From Alphaproteobacteria bacterium (GTDB lineage: Bacteria > Pseudomonadota > Alphaproteobacteria > UBA828), in assembly GCA_963667785.2 (NCBI GenBank), contig CAXXMU010000006.1, forward strand, positions 768,001-832,000: a stretch of DNA of 64,000 bases, in the 5' to 3' direction. The notes under the pieces are model-generated. The model was not told where the DNA came from and did no database searches. It was given only the letters and a program-made list of their open reading frames with translations. A program made the position numbers and the translations under genes. Positions 8,980 to 18,032 of this stretch are shown here, piece after piece (positions within the stretch are counted from its first letter, which is position 1; the number at the start of each line of letters is the position of its first letter).

Positions 8980-10263
8980 ATGGACGCGAAGACCATAGTG
9001 TTCTTTCCGGAGGCGGCCTTCGGGCCCTCCATGAATTGCGTCGGCATCGCTCAGAGGCTGCGCGAACGCGGCCACAATGCGGTCTTCGTCGTAGACGCCT
9101 CGTTCAAGGGTGTTTTCGATCGCTTCGGATTTCCCGAGCGCCTGGTCGCCATGTCGGAGCCGATGGACGAGGCCGCCGCCAGCCAGTACTGGCTCGACTT
9201 CATCGCGTCCCACCTGCCCAACTTCCGGCTGTCGCCGATAGAGCAGATTCCCAACTACGTCCTCGAATGCTGGAGCGCCATCGTCGACACGGCGGTCTAC
9301 GTGGAGGACGAACTGGCGCTCGCGCTGGGCGAGATCGAGCCCGACCTCGTCTGCCTCGACAACGTGATCCTCTTTCCCGCGATCAAGCGGGCGGGCCGCC
9401 CGTGGGTTCGCATCGTCTCCTGCTCCGAGAATGAGATTGTCGATCCGGACATCCCGCCCCATCTCTCAGGCTGCGGCGAGAACGACAAGGCATGCTTCGA
9501 GGCGTTCCGGACGCGGTTCTCGGAGGCCATCAAGCCGGTGCACGACCGCTTCAACGCCTTTCTCGAATCGTGCGGCGAGGCGCCCTATCCGCTCGGCCAG
9601 TTTCTCGAGACCTCGCCGACCATGAACTTCCTGCTGTACCCCAGGCAGCTCCAGTTCAAGCGCCGCACTCCCCTCGATCCCGCCCGGTTTCAGTATCTCG
9701 AGGGCTGCGTGCGCGAGGACGAGCCCTTCACGCTGCCGACGTTCTCGAAGAACGCCGACAAGCCGCTCATCTACATCGGCTCCGGCAGCCTGAACGAAGC
9801 CGATGTCGCGCTGAACAAGCGCCTGATCGAGGTGATCGGCACGCTGCCCTATCGGGCGCTCCTCAGCGTCGGCGAGCGAGTGGCCGCGTACGCGGATCTG
9901 CCGGGCAACGTGCAGGTCGCGCCCTGGTTCCCCCAGCCGTCGGTGATTCCGCAGGTCGATCTCGTCATTCACCACGGCGGCAACAACTCCTTCAACGAAG
10001 GCCTCTATTTCGGCAAACCCGCGATCATCATGCCCTTCGTCTGGGACGGCCATGACAACGCCCAGCGGATCGAGGACACCGGCTACGGAGCGCAACTGCA
10101 TCGCTACGACTGGAGCGACGAGGCGTTCGCCGGCACCGTCGCGCGGCTGTTGAGCGACGAGGCCATGCAGCGGCGCCTGGCGACGCTTAGCGCCCATATG
10201 CAACGGCAGGATGGCCGCGCGAAGGCGGCCGACATCCTGATCGACCTCGCGACTCGCGCTTAG
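8980..10263 (+). CDS. GT1/MGT-family (UDP-glycosyltransferase-fold) protein, copy 1
   Basis: PSPG-like box WFPQPSVIPQVDLVIHHGGNNSFNEGLYFGKPAIIMPFVWDGHDNA. Confidence 0.88.
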   Translation: MDAKTIVFFPEAAFGPSMNCVGIAQRLRERGHNAVFVVDASFKGVFDRFGFPERLVAMSEPMDEAAASQYWLDFIASHLPNFRLSPIEQIPNYVLECWSAIVDTAVYVEDELALALGEIEPDLVCLDNVILFPAIKRAGRPWVRIVSCSENEIVDPDIPPHLSGCGENDKACFEAFRTRFSEAIKPVHDRFNAFLESCGEAPYPLGQFLETSPTMNFLLYPRQLQFKRRTPLDPARFQYLEGCVREDEPFTLPTFSKNADKPLIYIGSGSLNEADVALNKRLIEVIGTLPYRALLSVGERVAAYADLPGNVQVAPWFPQPSVIPQVDLVIHHGGNNSFNEGLYFGKPAIIMPFVWDGHDNAQRIEDTGYGAQLHRYDWSDEAFAGTVARLLSDEAMQRRLATLSAHMQRQDGRAKAADILIDLATRA

Positions 10264-10290
10264 CCGCCCCGCCCCGTCGAGGAGCGGGCG

Positions 10291-10441
10291 CTAGAGCGTG
10301 TCCGTTTCATACGGAAACGCTCTAGCCTCTTTGTCGCTCACGGCAGCCGGCCTGCGGCCGGCGCCTGCGCGGGCGCGCCGCATGAGCGGCGGGCCGCGGT
10401 CGCGGCCTGTCGCGTATCCGTCAAAGACGGATACGCGCTAG
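10291..10441. repeat. TAGAGC-family palindromic interspersed repeat, copy A
   Basis: Terminal hairpins (GAGCGTGTCCG..CGGAAACGCTC; GCGTATCCGT..ACGGATACGC); core nearly identical to 37611-37761. Confidence 0.85.
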
Positions 10442-10791
10442 CGCACCATGTAGACCTTGCGCACGGTCTCGACGACCTCGCACGCGCCCTTCCAGCCGGC
10501 GGGGAAGGCGCAGGTCATGCCGGCGGCGATCTCCGTCACCGTGCCGTCGTCTTCCGTGTAGACCGCGCGCCCGGCGAGCACGTGGAAGAACTCGTCGCTC
10601 TCGACCTCGCAGCGCCACCGCCCGGGCGTGCATTGCCAGAGCCCCATCTCCGACGACCGGTCCTCGTTCCGGAACAGGAGCAGGCCGCTCGTTCGCGAGA
10701 CCGGCTCGCCGATCGGCGCGGCGACCTCTCCCCAGTCGGTGAAGGTCGCGGGATCGAGCGTCGCGGCGTTTTCCAGAGCGAGTGCGGGCAT
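10438..10791 (-). CDS. Cupin, EutQ/DUF861-like
   Basis: GLWQCTPGRW..DEFFHVLAG..FPAGWKG..ETVRKVY; paralog of 1828-2208. Confidence 0.85.
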   Translation of the reverse strand: MPALALENAATLDPATFTDWGEVAAPIGEPVSRTSGLLLFRNEDRSSEMGLWQCTPGRWRCEVESDEFFHVLAGRAVYTEDDGTVTEIAAGMTCAFPAGWKGACEVVETVRKVYMVR

Positions 10792-10793
10792 CG

Positions 10794-12083
10794 CTAGAGG
10801 CGCTCCAGCAGTTCGTTGATGGCGTTGGCGGCGCGCATGCGGCCGTTTTGCGCCTGCATGTGCTTGCTCGTCGCCGCGACGTTGGCGCGCATCTCCCGGT
10901 CGGTCAGGGTCCTCTCGATGTTCGTGAGAAGCTCCGCGTCGGTCCAGTCGTAGCGGTGCATCCCGATGCCGTGCTTCGTGTCGTTGACCCGCCGGGCATT
11001 GTCGTGACCGTCCCAGACGAAGGGCATCACGATGGGCGGAATGCCGAAATAGAGGCTCTCGTTGAAGCTGTTGTTTCCGCCGTGCTGGATGAAGACGTCG
11101 ACATGGGGCAGCACCGCCGTCTGCCGGTACCAGGACGCGATCTGCACGTTGTCCGGCGGCGTCTCGTACTGCGCCAGATAGTCCCCGACATTGACCAGCA
11201 CCCGATAGGGCGCGTCGGCGAGCACGCCGACGATGCGCTTGATGAGATCGACATCGGCGACGCCGAGGCTGCCGTAGCTGAAATAGATCAGGGGCTTGTC
11301 GTCGTTCGCCTTGAAGGTCGGCACCTCGTACGCCTCGCTCTCCTTGCGCACGCAGCCGTCGAGATAGACGAACTTATGGGGATCGAGAGGGTTCCGCCGC
11401 TCGAAGCGCAGCGGCTCGGGATAGAGCAGCAGGTTGAGATAGGGCGAGGGCAGCACGAACTCCGGGAACGGCAGACGGTCGCATCCCTGGGCTTCGAGAA
11501 AGTCGTTGAACCCGTCGTGGACGGGCTTCAGCTCCTTCTCGAACTCCGCCCGGTAGGCCGCGAAACACGCCGTGTCGTCCTCGCCGCAACCCGACAGATG
11601 GGGCGGGATGTCGGGATCGATGATCTCGTTCTCCGAGCAGGAGATCATGCGTGCCCAGGGGCAGCCCGCCTGCTGCGTGGCGGGGTAGAGCGCGACATTG
11701 TCGTTGACGATCAGGTCGGGCTCGATCTCGGCGAAAACCCTGTCGAGCCCGTTCTTCACCGACCATTCGGAGGTGTAGATGATCGCCTCCCAGCAGCCCT
11801 TCACGTAGGTGGCGATCTGGTCGTAGGCCGAGGTCCTGAAGGTCGGCATGTACCGGATCATGAAGTCGTCCCAGTAGGTCGCCTGCTCCTCGGGACTCAT
11901 CGGCTCCATGCAGGACACGTAGCGCTCCTCGAAGCCATAGCTCTCGACGCTGCCCTTGAGACCGGGCTCGAGCACGAAGACAGGCTCGTGACCCATGTCG
12001 CGCAGGCCCTGGCAGATGCCGACCAGGTTCATCACCGGGCCGATCGCGCCGGGCTCGGGGAACACCGCGATCTTCTTTCCCAT
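10794..12083 (-). CDS. GT1/MGT-family (UDP-glycosyltransferase-fold) protein, copy 2
   Basis: HGGNNSFNESLYFGIPPIVMPFVWDGHDNA; shares SCSENEI.DPDIPPHLSGCGE with copy 1; start MGKKIAVFPEP. Confidence 0.88.
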   Translation of the reverse strand: MGKKIAVFPEPGAIGPVMNLVGICQGLRDMGHEPVFVLEPGLKGSVESYGFEERYVSCMEPMSPEEQATYWDDFMIRYMPTFRTSAYDQIATYVKGCWEAIIYTSEWSVKNGLDRVFAEIEPDLIVNDNVALYPATQQAGCPWARMISCSENEIIDPDIPPHLSGCGEDDTACFAAYRAEFEKELKPVHDGFNDFLEAQGCDRLPFPEFVLPSPYLNLLLYPEPLRFERRNPLDPHKFVYLDGCVRKESEAYEVPTFKANDDKPLIYFSYGSLGVADVDLIKRIVGVLADAPYRVLVNVGDYLAQYETPPDNVQIASWYRQTAVLPHVDVFIQHGGNNSFNESLYFGIPPIVMPFVWDGHDNARRVNDTKHGIGMHRYDWTDAELLTNIERTLTDREMRANVAATSKHMQAQNGRMRAANAINELLERL

Positions 12084-12346
12084 CTTGTCGTCTCTCTGTT
12101 GCCGGTGGCCGCGTCGGGCCCCTCGACATGGTGGGCGCGCGCCGGCCGTGCGGACGCGGTTACGACCCTCATCTGCGTGTGGCCGACGACGAGACCGGCG
12201 GTCGGATGATTGTGTTCGAGACCGCACGTTACTATACAGGGTGAGCGTTGACGAACACGTGGCTGACCGGCGTAGAGACCACCCGACATCAAGATCCAGC
12301 GAGGCTCCTCGGTGCACGACACGCGCTCCACGCTAGGCCAATTCCG

Positions 12347-13120
12347 ATGAGCGATCAGGCGTTTTTCAGGGTCGAGAACCTGCAAAAGAGGTTCGGCGGC
12401 CTGGCCGCCATCGACGGGCTCAGCTTCGAGCTGAAGGAAGGAGCCATCCACGGCCTCATCGGCCCGAACGGGGCGGGAAAGACCACCGTCTTCAACGTGA
12501 TCACCGGCTTCTACAAGCCGACCGCGGGGAAGGTCTTCTATCGGGGCGAATCCATCGGCGGCCTGCAGCCGCATCAGGTGGCCGCCAAGGGACTGGTCCG
12601 CACCTTCCAGGAGACGACGCTCTTCCGGGAGTTCACCACCTTCGAGAACGCCCTGATGGGGTGCTATCTCCACACCCGGAGCAACATGGTCTCGGCGCTG
12701 TTCGGCACCCAGCGCGCGAGCGAGCGGGCCAGCGATGCGAAGACCCTCGAGGTGCTGGAATTTCTTGGCCTGGCCGAACGCAAGGACGAGCTCGCCTCCA
12801 ACCTGCCGCATGGCCTGCAGCGTGCGCTCGGCATCGCCGTGGCTCTGACGACGGAGCCCAAGCTGCTGCTGCTGGACGAGCCCTTCGCCGGAATGAACCC
12901 GGAAGAGACACGCAACATGATGGCGCTGATCCAGAAGGTGCGCGAGAGCGGCATCACCATCCTGCTGGTCGAGCACGACATGCAGGCGGTGATGGGCCTC
13001 TGCGAACGAATCACCGTGGTCAACTTCGGTCAGCTGCTGATGGAAGGCGCGCCGGACGAGATCAAGGACAACAAGGACGTCATCGAAGCCTATCTGGGAA
13101 CCGGCCTCAATGCTGCTTGA
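12347..13120 (+). CDS. livG: Branched-chain amino acid (HAAT) ABC transporter ATP-binding protein, LivG-like
   Basis: GPNGAGKTT, LLLLDEPFAG, LVEHDM, VIEAYLG. Confidence 0.9.
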   Translation: MSDQAFFRVENLQKRFGGLAAIDGLSFELKEGAIHGLIGPNGAGKTTVFNVITGFYKPTAGKVFYRGESIGGLQPHQVAAKGLVRTFQETTLFREFTTFENALMGCYLHTRSNMVSALFGTQRASERASDAKTLEVLEFLGLAERKDELASNLPHGLQRALGIAVALTTEPKLLLLDEPFAGMNPEETRNMMALIQKVRESGITILLVEHDMQAVMGLCERITVVNFGQLLMEGAPDEIKDNKDVIEAYLGTGLNAA

Positions 13121-13816
13121 GGTGAAGGACGTCACCGTCCACTACGGGAGCGTCCAGGCGGTCTCGGACATCTCGATCGCGATCGACGAGGCCAGATCAT
13201 CACCCTTATCGGCGCCAACGGCGCCGGCAAGAGCACCACCCTCCGCACGATATCCGGGCTGAAACGCGCGACGACGGGCAGCGTCTGGTTCGACGGCCAG
13301 CGCATCGACCGCCTCGCGCCGGAAAAGATCGTCCGCATGGGCATCGCCCACGTGCCGGAGGGGCGGCAGGTATTCCCCGACCTGAGCGTCAATCAGAACC
13401 TTCACACCGGCGCCTATTTGCGCAAGGACAGACAAGGCATTGCGCGCGACCTCGAAGACGTCCACGAGCGCTTTCCGGTGCTCAAGGAGCGGCGCAATCA
13501 GCGAGCCAAGACGCTCAGCGGCGGCGAGCAGCAGATGGTCGCGATCGGCCGCGCGCTCATGTCCGGCCCGCGTCTGATCCTGATGGACGAGCCGTCGCTC
13601 GGGCTCTCGCCGGTGATGGTGCAGGAGGTCGCGCGAATCATCCGCGACATCAACGCGCGGGGCGTTCCGGTGATCCTGGTCGAGCAGAATGCCGAGCTGG
13701 CGCTCACTCTCGCGAGCTACGGCTACGTGCTGGAAACCGGCCGCATCGCGCTCGAAGGTGAAGCGAACGATCTGCACGAGAACGATCACGTTCGCCATGC
13801 CTATCTCGGGGCCTGA
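13110..13816 (+). pseudogene. livF: LivF-like ABC ATP-binding protein with a single-base deletion near 13190 (real or sequencing error)
   Basis: ATG 13110 reads MLLEVKDVTVHYGSVQAVSDISIAIDE; adding one G at GAG-G(G)C-CAG joins it to QIITLIGANGAGKSTT..LSGGEQQM..DEPSLGL..HAYLGA. Confidence 0.85.
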
Positions 13817-13850
13817 GCGTCCGCGCCGACTCTAGACAGGCCTCGACGCC

Positions 13851-14579
13851 ATGCGGCCCTGTTTGCTCGTCGATTTCCTGTGGGAGCAATTCGCCGAGGC
13901 GGCCGCCGATCGCTCGGGGACCGACGGCGAGGTCGCGGCACTGTGGCGAACCGGCGCCACGCTCACCCAGGCGTTCGACGAGCCGGACCCGCGCCGCGCG
14001 GCGAGCCTTCATTGCCTGGCCGCGATCGCCCGAGAGACGGGCGACATGGCGGACGCCGAGGCGCGCTATCGCGACGCCATCGCCGCCTGGGAGCGGGTGC
14101 CCGAATGGATCGCGCAGATGGCCGTCGAGTTCACCGCCCGCAGCGCCTCGATGCACATCCGCCTGGAGATGAAGCGGACGGAGGAGCTGCGCAGGCTCAA
14201 GCGCAGCATCAACGCCACCCTCGCCGAAGGCGGCCTCGCGGCCACGCTGGGCAACCTCGCCGAGCTCCTGCACACGACGGAACGAGGCGACGAGGCGGAA
14301 CCACTTTACCGCCGTGCGCGCGACATGCGGGAGAAGTCCCTCAGCCACCGTGAGGCCGGGGTGGCGATCATCTGCGACAATCTGGCGGACCTTCTGGAAG
14401 ACGCCGGGCGGCAGGGCGAGGCGAAGGAGCCGCGGGCCCGGGCACGCGAGATCGACGCCGAGCCGTTCCACGCCGGAATCGACTACTTCCGCAAGCAGCC
14501 CTGGAAGAAAATGACCGATACCCGAAAGCTGACGGCGGCGGTCTACCTCGCGCCGCCCTGCCGCCGGGTCGCAACTTAG
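13851..14579 (+). CDS. Tetratricopeptide-repeat protein
   Basis: TPR-like helices AATLGNLAELLH..EAEPLYRRA and DNLADLLEDAGR..EA; start uncertain. Confidence 0.7.
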   Translation: MRPCLLVDFLWEQFAEAAADRSGTDGEVAALWRTGATLTQAFDEPDPRRAASLHCLAAIARETGDMADAEARYRDAIAAWERVPEWIAQMAVEFTARSASMHIRLEMKRTEELRRLKRSINATLAEGGLAATLGNLAELLHTTERGDEAEPLYRRARDMREKSLSHREAGVAIICDNLADLLEDAGRQGEAKEPRARAREIDAEPFHAGIDYFRKQPWKKMTDTRKLTAAVYLAPPCRRVAT

Positions 14580-14585
14580 AGGCCC

Positions 14586-15578
14586 CTACTCCCGCTTGAC
14601 GAGACCGCCGCCTCCGCGATTCCACAGCCAGGTTGCCCACTGCATGATCTTCTTGGGCAGGCTCACGAGGCCCTCGGGCAGGAACAGCACGGTCGCGATC
14701 AGCACCAGGCCGTAGAAGCCGGGCCGCAGCTCGTCCAGGCCGCGCAGGGATTCGTCGATGATCGACAGCACCGCGACGCCGATGATCGGCCCCGCGAAGT
14801 GGCCCATGCCGCCCACGAGCACCCAGACCAGGACGAAGAGCATCTGCTTCAGGCCGAACAGGCCCGGGTTAATCGCGGTGACGTAGTGCGCGACCATGGC
14901 GCCGGCGATGCCCGCGAAGAATCCGCCGGTGACGAAGGCGACGGTGCGGAAGCGGCGCACGTCGACGCCCACCGATTGCGCCAGCGTGTCCTTGTGGTGC
15001 ACCGCGTGGAAGACGAAGCCGTAGCGGGAATGCTCGATCCGGTACATGACGAAGAGGCAGATCAGCCCCACGATCATCGCGAAGAAGTAGTAGGGCACCG
15101 GAGCGCCGAGATCGATGTAGAGGAACTCACCCAGATCGATTTCCAGCACCGGGATGCGCCGCAGGCCGCGAAAGCCGCCGAACGGATCGATGAACTGAAC
15201 CCAGCAGAGCCGGATCGCCTCGGCGGCGGCGAAGGAGCCGATGAGGAAGTAGAACCCCTTCATGCGGAACAGCGGGAAGCTCAGGATGTAGGCGATGGCG
15301 GCCGCCGCCAGGCCGCCGAGCGGCATGGATATCCACGGCGAGATGGGAAGCGCCGCGAGCAGCGCGCTCGCATAGGCGCCCACGCCCATGATCACGGCAT
15401 GAGCCAGCGAGAACTCGCCGGTGATGGCGATGAATCGATAGCTCACCACCAGGATGATGTTGATGAACATGAATATGAGGAAATCGAGCTGATAGGGCCG
15501 CAGGACGAGCGGCAGGACGCAGACGACCGCCAGGACGACGGCGATCCCCGCGATATTGCGGTGCGTCCGGCTAAACAC
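14586..15578 (-). CDS. livM: HAAT ABC transporter permease, LivM-like
   Basis: TGEFSLAHAVIMGVGAY, FRMKGFYF, VLVGGMG..GPIIG; multiple TM segments. Confidence 0.9.
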   Translation of the reverse strand: MFSRTHRNIAGIAVVLAVVCVLPLVLRPYQLDFLIFMFINIILVVSYRFIAITGEFSLAHAVIMGVGAYASALLAALPISPWISMPLGGLAAAAIAYILSFPLFRMKGFYFLIGSFAAAEAIRLCWVQFIDPFGGFRGLRRIPVLEIDLGEFLYIDLGAPVPYYFFAMIVGLICLFVMYRIEHSRYGFVFHAVHHKDTLAQSVGVDVRRFRTVAFVTGGFFAGIAGAMVAHYVTAINPGLFGLKQMLFVLVWVLVGGMGHFAGPIIGVAVLSIIDESLRGLDELRPGFYGLVLIATVLFLPEGLVSLPKKIMQWATWLWNRGGGGLVKRE

Positions 15579-16455
15579 TCTCGCGCGCTCCCATGATCCC
15601 GGTCGGCTTGACGATCAGCACCAGCAGCATCAACGCCAGACCCAGGATGGTCGCGATCTCGCCGCCGATGTAGGTGGTGACGAAGGTGTGGAAGAAGCTG
15701 TAGACGACGGCGGCGATCAGGGCGCCTTCGATGCTGCCCATGCCGCCGACGATCATGACGATGAAGGCGGTGACGAGCACCGGATGGCCCATCTGCGGCG
15801 TGATGCGCACGAGCGGCGACATGACCGCGCCGCCCATGCCGGCCATCGCGGCGCTGATCACCATCGCCAGCATGGAAATCTTGCCGATGCCGATGCCCTG
15901 CAGCGCCGCCGCTTCCGGATTCTGGGCGCAGGCGCGCATGGCCCAGCCGATCCTGGTGCGGCTCATGAAGAGCCAGAAGGCAACCAGCATGAATGCCGCG
16001 ATCGCGAAGACGAACAGCCGCGAGTGGGAGATCGTGACGCTCTCGATCCCGAAGGCGTGCCACGATTCCCTGAAATAGGGCGTCATGTTCTTCATGAGCC
16101 CCTGGCCGAACAGATAGACGACGAGAACCTCGAGGACGAACATCATGCCGACGGAGACGATGAGGCCGCCGAACAGGTTGCCGCGCATCGGGCGAAACAG
16201 CGCGCGCTCCATCAGGAGGCCGATCGCCACCGTCAGGAGCGTCGCGATCACGATCGAGGCGAAGAAGGGGATGCCGAGTTCGGCGTAGAGGTACCAGGTC
16301 GCGTAGGCGCCCACCATGTAGAGGGCGCCGTGGGCGAAGTTGACGATCTGCATGATGCCGAAGATCAGCACCAGGCCGACCGCGAAGATCGCGGTGAAGC
16401 TGCTGGCGATCAGCGAGTTCATGATGGTCTGAAGAATGAGTTCCAGATCCGTCAT
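15571..16455 (-). CDS. livH: HAAT ABC transporter permease, LivH-like
   Basis: GLVLIFGIMQIVNFAHGALYMVGAY, GWAMRACAQNPEAA, IVGGMGSIEGA. Confidence 0.9.
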   Translation of the reverse strand: MTDLELILQTIMNSLIASSFTAIFAVGLVLIFGIMQIVNFAHGALYMVGAYATWYLYAELGIPFFASIVIATLLTVAIGLLMERALFRPMRGNLFGGLIVSVGMMFVLEVLVVYLFGQGLMKNMTPYFRESWHAFGIESVTISHSRLFVFAIAAFMLVAFWLFMSRTRIGWAMRACAQNPEAAALQGIGIGKISMLAMVISAAMAGMGGAVMSPLVRITPQMGHPVLVTAFIVMIVGGMGSIEGALIAAVVYSFFHTFVTTYIGGEIATILGLALMLLVLIVKPTGIMGARESV

Positions 16456-16508
16456 GTCTCGCTAGGGCCCGTTCCGGCCGATCGTCAGTGCAAGTGAGAG
16501 GAAGGGAT

Positions 16509-16530
16509 GTGCCCCGCCGGAGCGGGGCAC
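16509..16530 (-). terminator. Hairpin between the substrate-binding gene and the permeases (attenuator or mRNA stabiliser)
   Basis: GTGCCCCGC-cgga-GCGGGGCAC perfect stem just downstream of the SBP stop. Confidence 0.5.
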
Positions 16531-16546
16531 ACCGCCTGAGGTTCGC

Positions 16547-17827
16547 CTAGCCGGCGAGCGGAACGCCAAGCTCGATGAAGTGCTTCTTCAGAACGTCCAG
16601 ATGCTGGTCGCACCAGGCCCTGACATCGCCCATCTCGACGATGACGGCCTTGCCGTTCTGCATCTGCACGACGGGCCACTTGCCGAGCGCCGCGCTGTTC
16701 ACGCCGAAGAAGTCCTCGCCCCACCATTCGGCGTCGCCGAACGCGTGCGGCACCGGGCTCAGCGCGCGGAGCGCGTCCGCGACCGCCGGCGGATCGAAGG
16801 TGCCGGCATTGGCCGCGGCTGCGCGCCACATCTCGAGCGCTGCGGCATATTCCCACGAGACCGCCGTCCAGGCGCCGGGATAGCGCTCGGCGTAGGTCTT
16901 GTAGAACGCGGCCGCGTTGTCGAAGTGGGTGCCGCCGCCCTGCATGATCGGGTCGTCGAGATCCGGGAACTGCCAGAGGAATCCCTCCAGGAACTCCTTG
17001 CTGGTCTTGCTCAGGATGTGCTCGTACTGGTCGAGCGTGCAGTTCACGAACTGACCCTTGTAGCCCTGCAGGTAGGCCTGCTCGGTCAGGAGGTTGACGT
17101 AATCGGGATAGGCCGTGTCCCAGGTGATCACGTCGGGATTGGCGGCGATCAGTTTCGACACCACCGGCGCGAAGTCCGTCACCTCGAAGCCGAACAGGTT
17201 CTCTTCGACGATCTCGATGCCGGCGACCTCGAACGCGGCCCGGTAGGTCGCGAGCGAGCTCAGGCCCAGCTCGTCGTTCTGCGTCGCGATGGCCGCAGTC
17301 TTGATGTGCGGCATGTTGCGCGCGATGTAGTCCACGGCGGTCACGTTGTAGAAGGGATGGACCTCGACGGGCGCGAAGAGATAGGGCGCGTCCTCGCTGA
17401 TGTCGGTCGGCACCAGCGTCGTGGTCAGCATCTTGTTGCGGGTCATGAAGTCCTTCACCGCCTGCACCGGCGTGATGCCGAGCATCAGGACGATCGAGAC
17501 CTCGTCCTCGAAGAGCAGCTTCTTGGCGCCGACCGTCGCCTTGACGGCGTCGAACTCGTCGTCATAGGAGATGATCTCGACCATGTACTTCTCGCCGCCC
17601 ATGTCGAGGCCGCCGGCGGCGTTGATCTGCTCCGCCCAGATCTCGACCCCGTAGAGTCCGGGAAGACCCCAGCCCGCGGCATCGCCGGTGAGCGCCGCAA
17701 GGAAGCCGATCTTGACGGTCTTCTCTCCGGCGAAGACCCTGGACGGCGTCGCGCCGAAGGCGGTCAGCCCTGCGGCAACGCCCCCCGTTGCCGCCATAAA
17801 CTTACGCCGTGTGATGTTCGCTTTCAT
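16547..17827 (-). CDS. HAAT ABC transporter substrate-binding protein with a Tat signal
   Basis: MKANITRRKFM Tat motif; VKIGFLAALTGDAAGWG..INAAGG..YDDE LivJ/K-type N-terminus. Confidence 0.88.
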   Translation of the reverse strand: MKANITRRKFMAATGGVAAGLTAFGATPSRVFAGEKTVKIGFLAALTGDAAGWGLPGLYGVEIWAEQINAAGGLDMGGEKYMVEIISYDDEFDAVKATVGAKKLLFEDEVSIVLMLGITPVQAVKDFMTRNKMLTTTLVPTDISEDAPYLFAPVEVHPFYNVTAVDYIARNMPHIKTAAIATQNDELGLSSLATYRAAFEVAGIEIVEENLFGFEVTDFAPVVSKLIAANPDVITWDTAYPDYVNLLTEQAYLQGYKGQFVNCTLDQYEHILSKTSKEFLEGFLWQFPDLDDPIMQGGGTHFDNAAAFYKTYAERYPGAWTAVSWEYAAALEMWRAAAANAGTFDPPAVADALRALSPVPHAFGDAEWWGEDFFGVNSAALGKWPVVQMQNGKAVIVEMGDVRAWCDQHLDVLKKHFIELGVPLAG

Positions 17828-18032
17828 GGAGCTAGGCCTCCTGTGATTGCTGGTGTTTGCCACGGTGCACAGCGATGCGGGCCGCTCGCGCGGCCGCAGA
17901 GTACCCCGCACGTCGCGCTCGGGGTCGTAGCCGGCCGGGCGGCGCCCGGCCCCTGACCTTCATGGCCGCCGAGGTGCGTGGCGTTCGAGGGCATGTGCGC
18001 GGATCGACCCTGTCTCGAAACACCGACCCCGG

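Noticed and set aside
6601-9462. 953-aa ORF suggesting a large ACAD fusion protein
   Set aside because: The N-terminal half is antisense to the M41 and GT1 genes; ACAD similarity starts at the RBS-preceded GTG at 8004
10291-10441. Palindromic repeats as a CRISPR array
   Set aside because: Copies are dispersed, not tandem with unique spacers, and there are no cas genes
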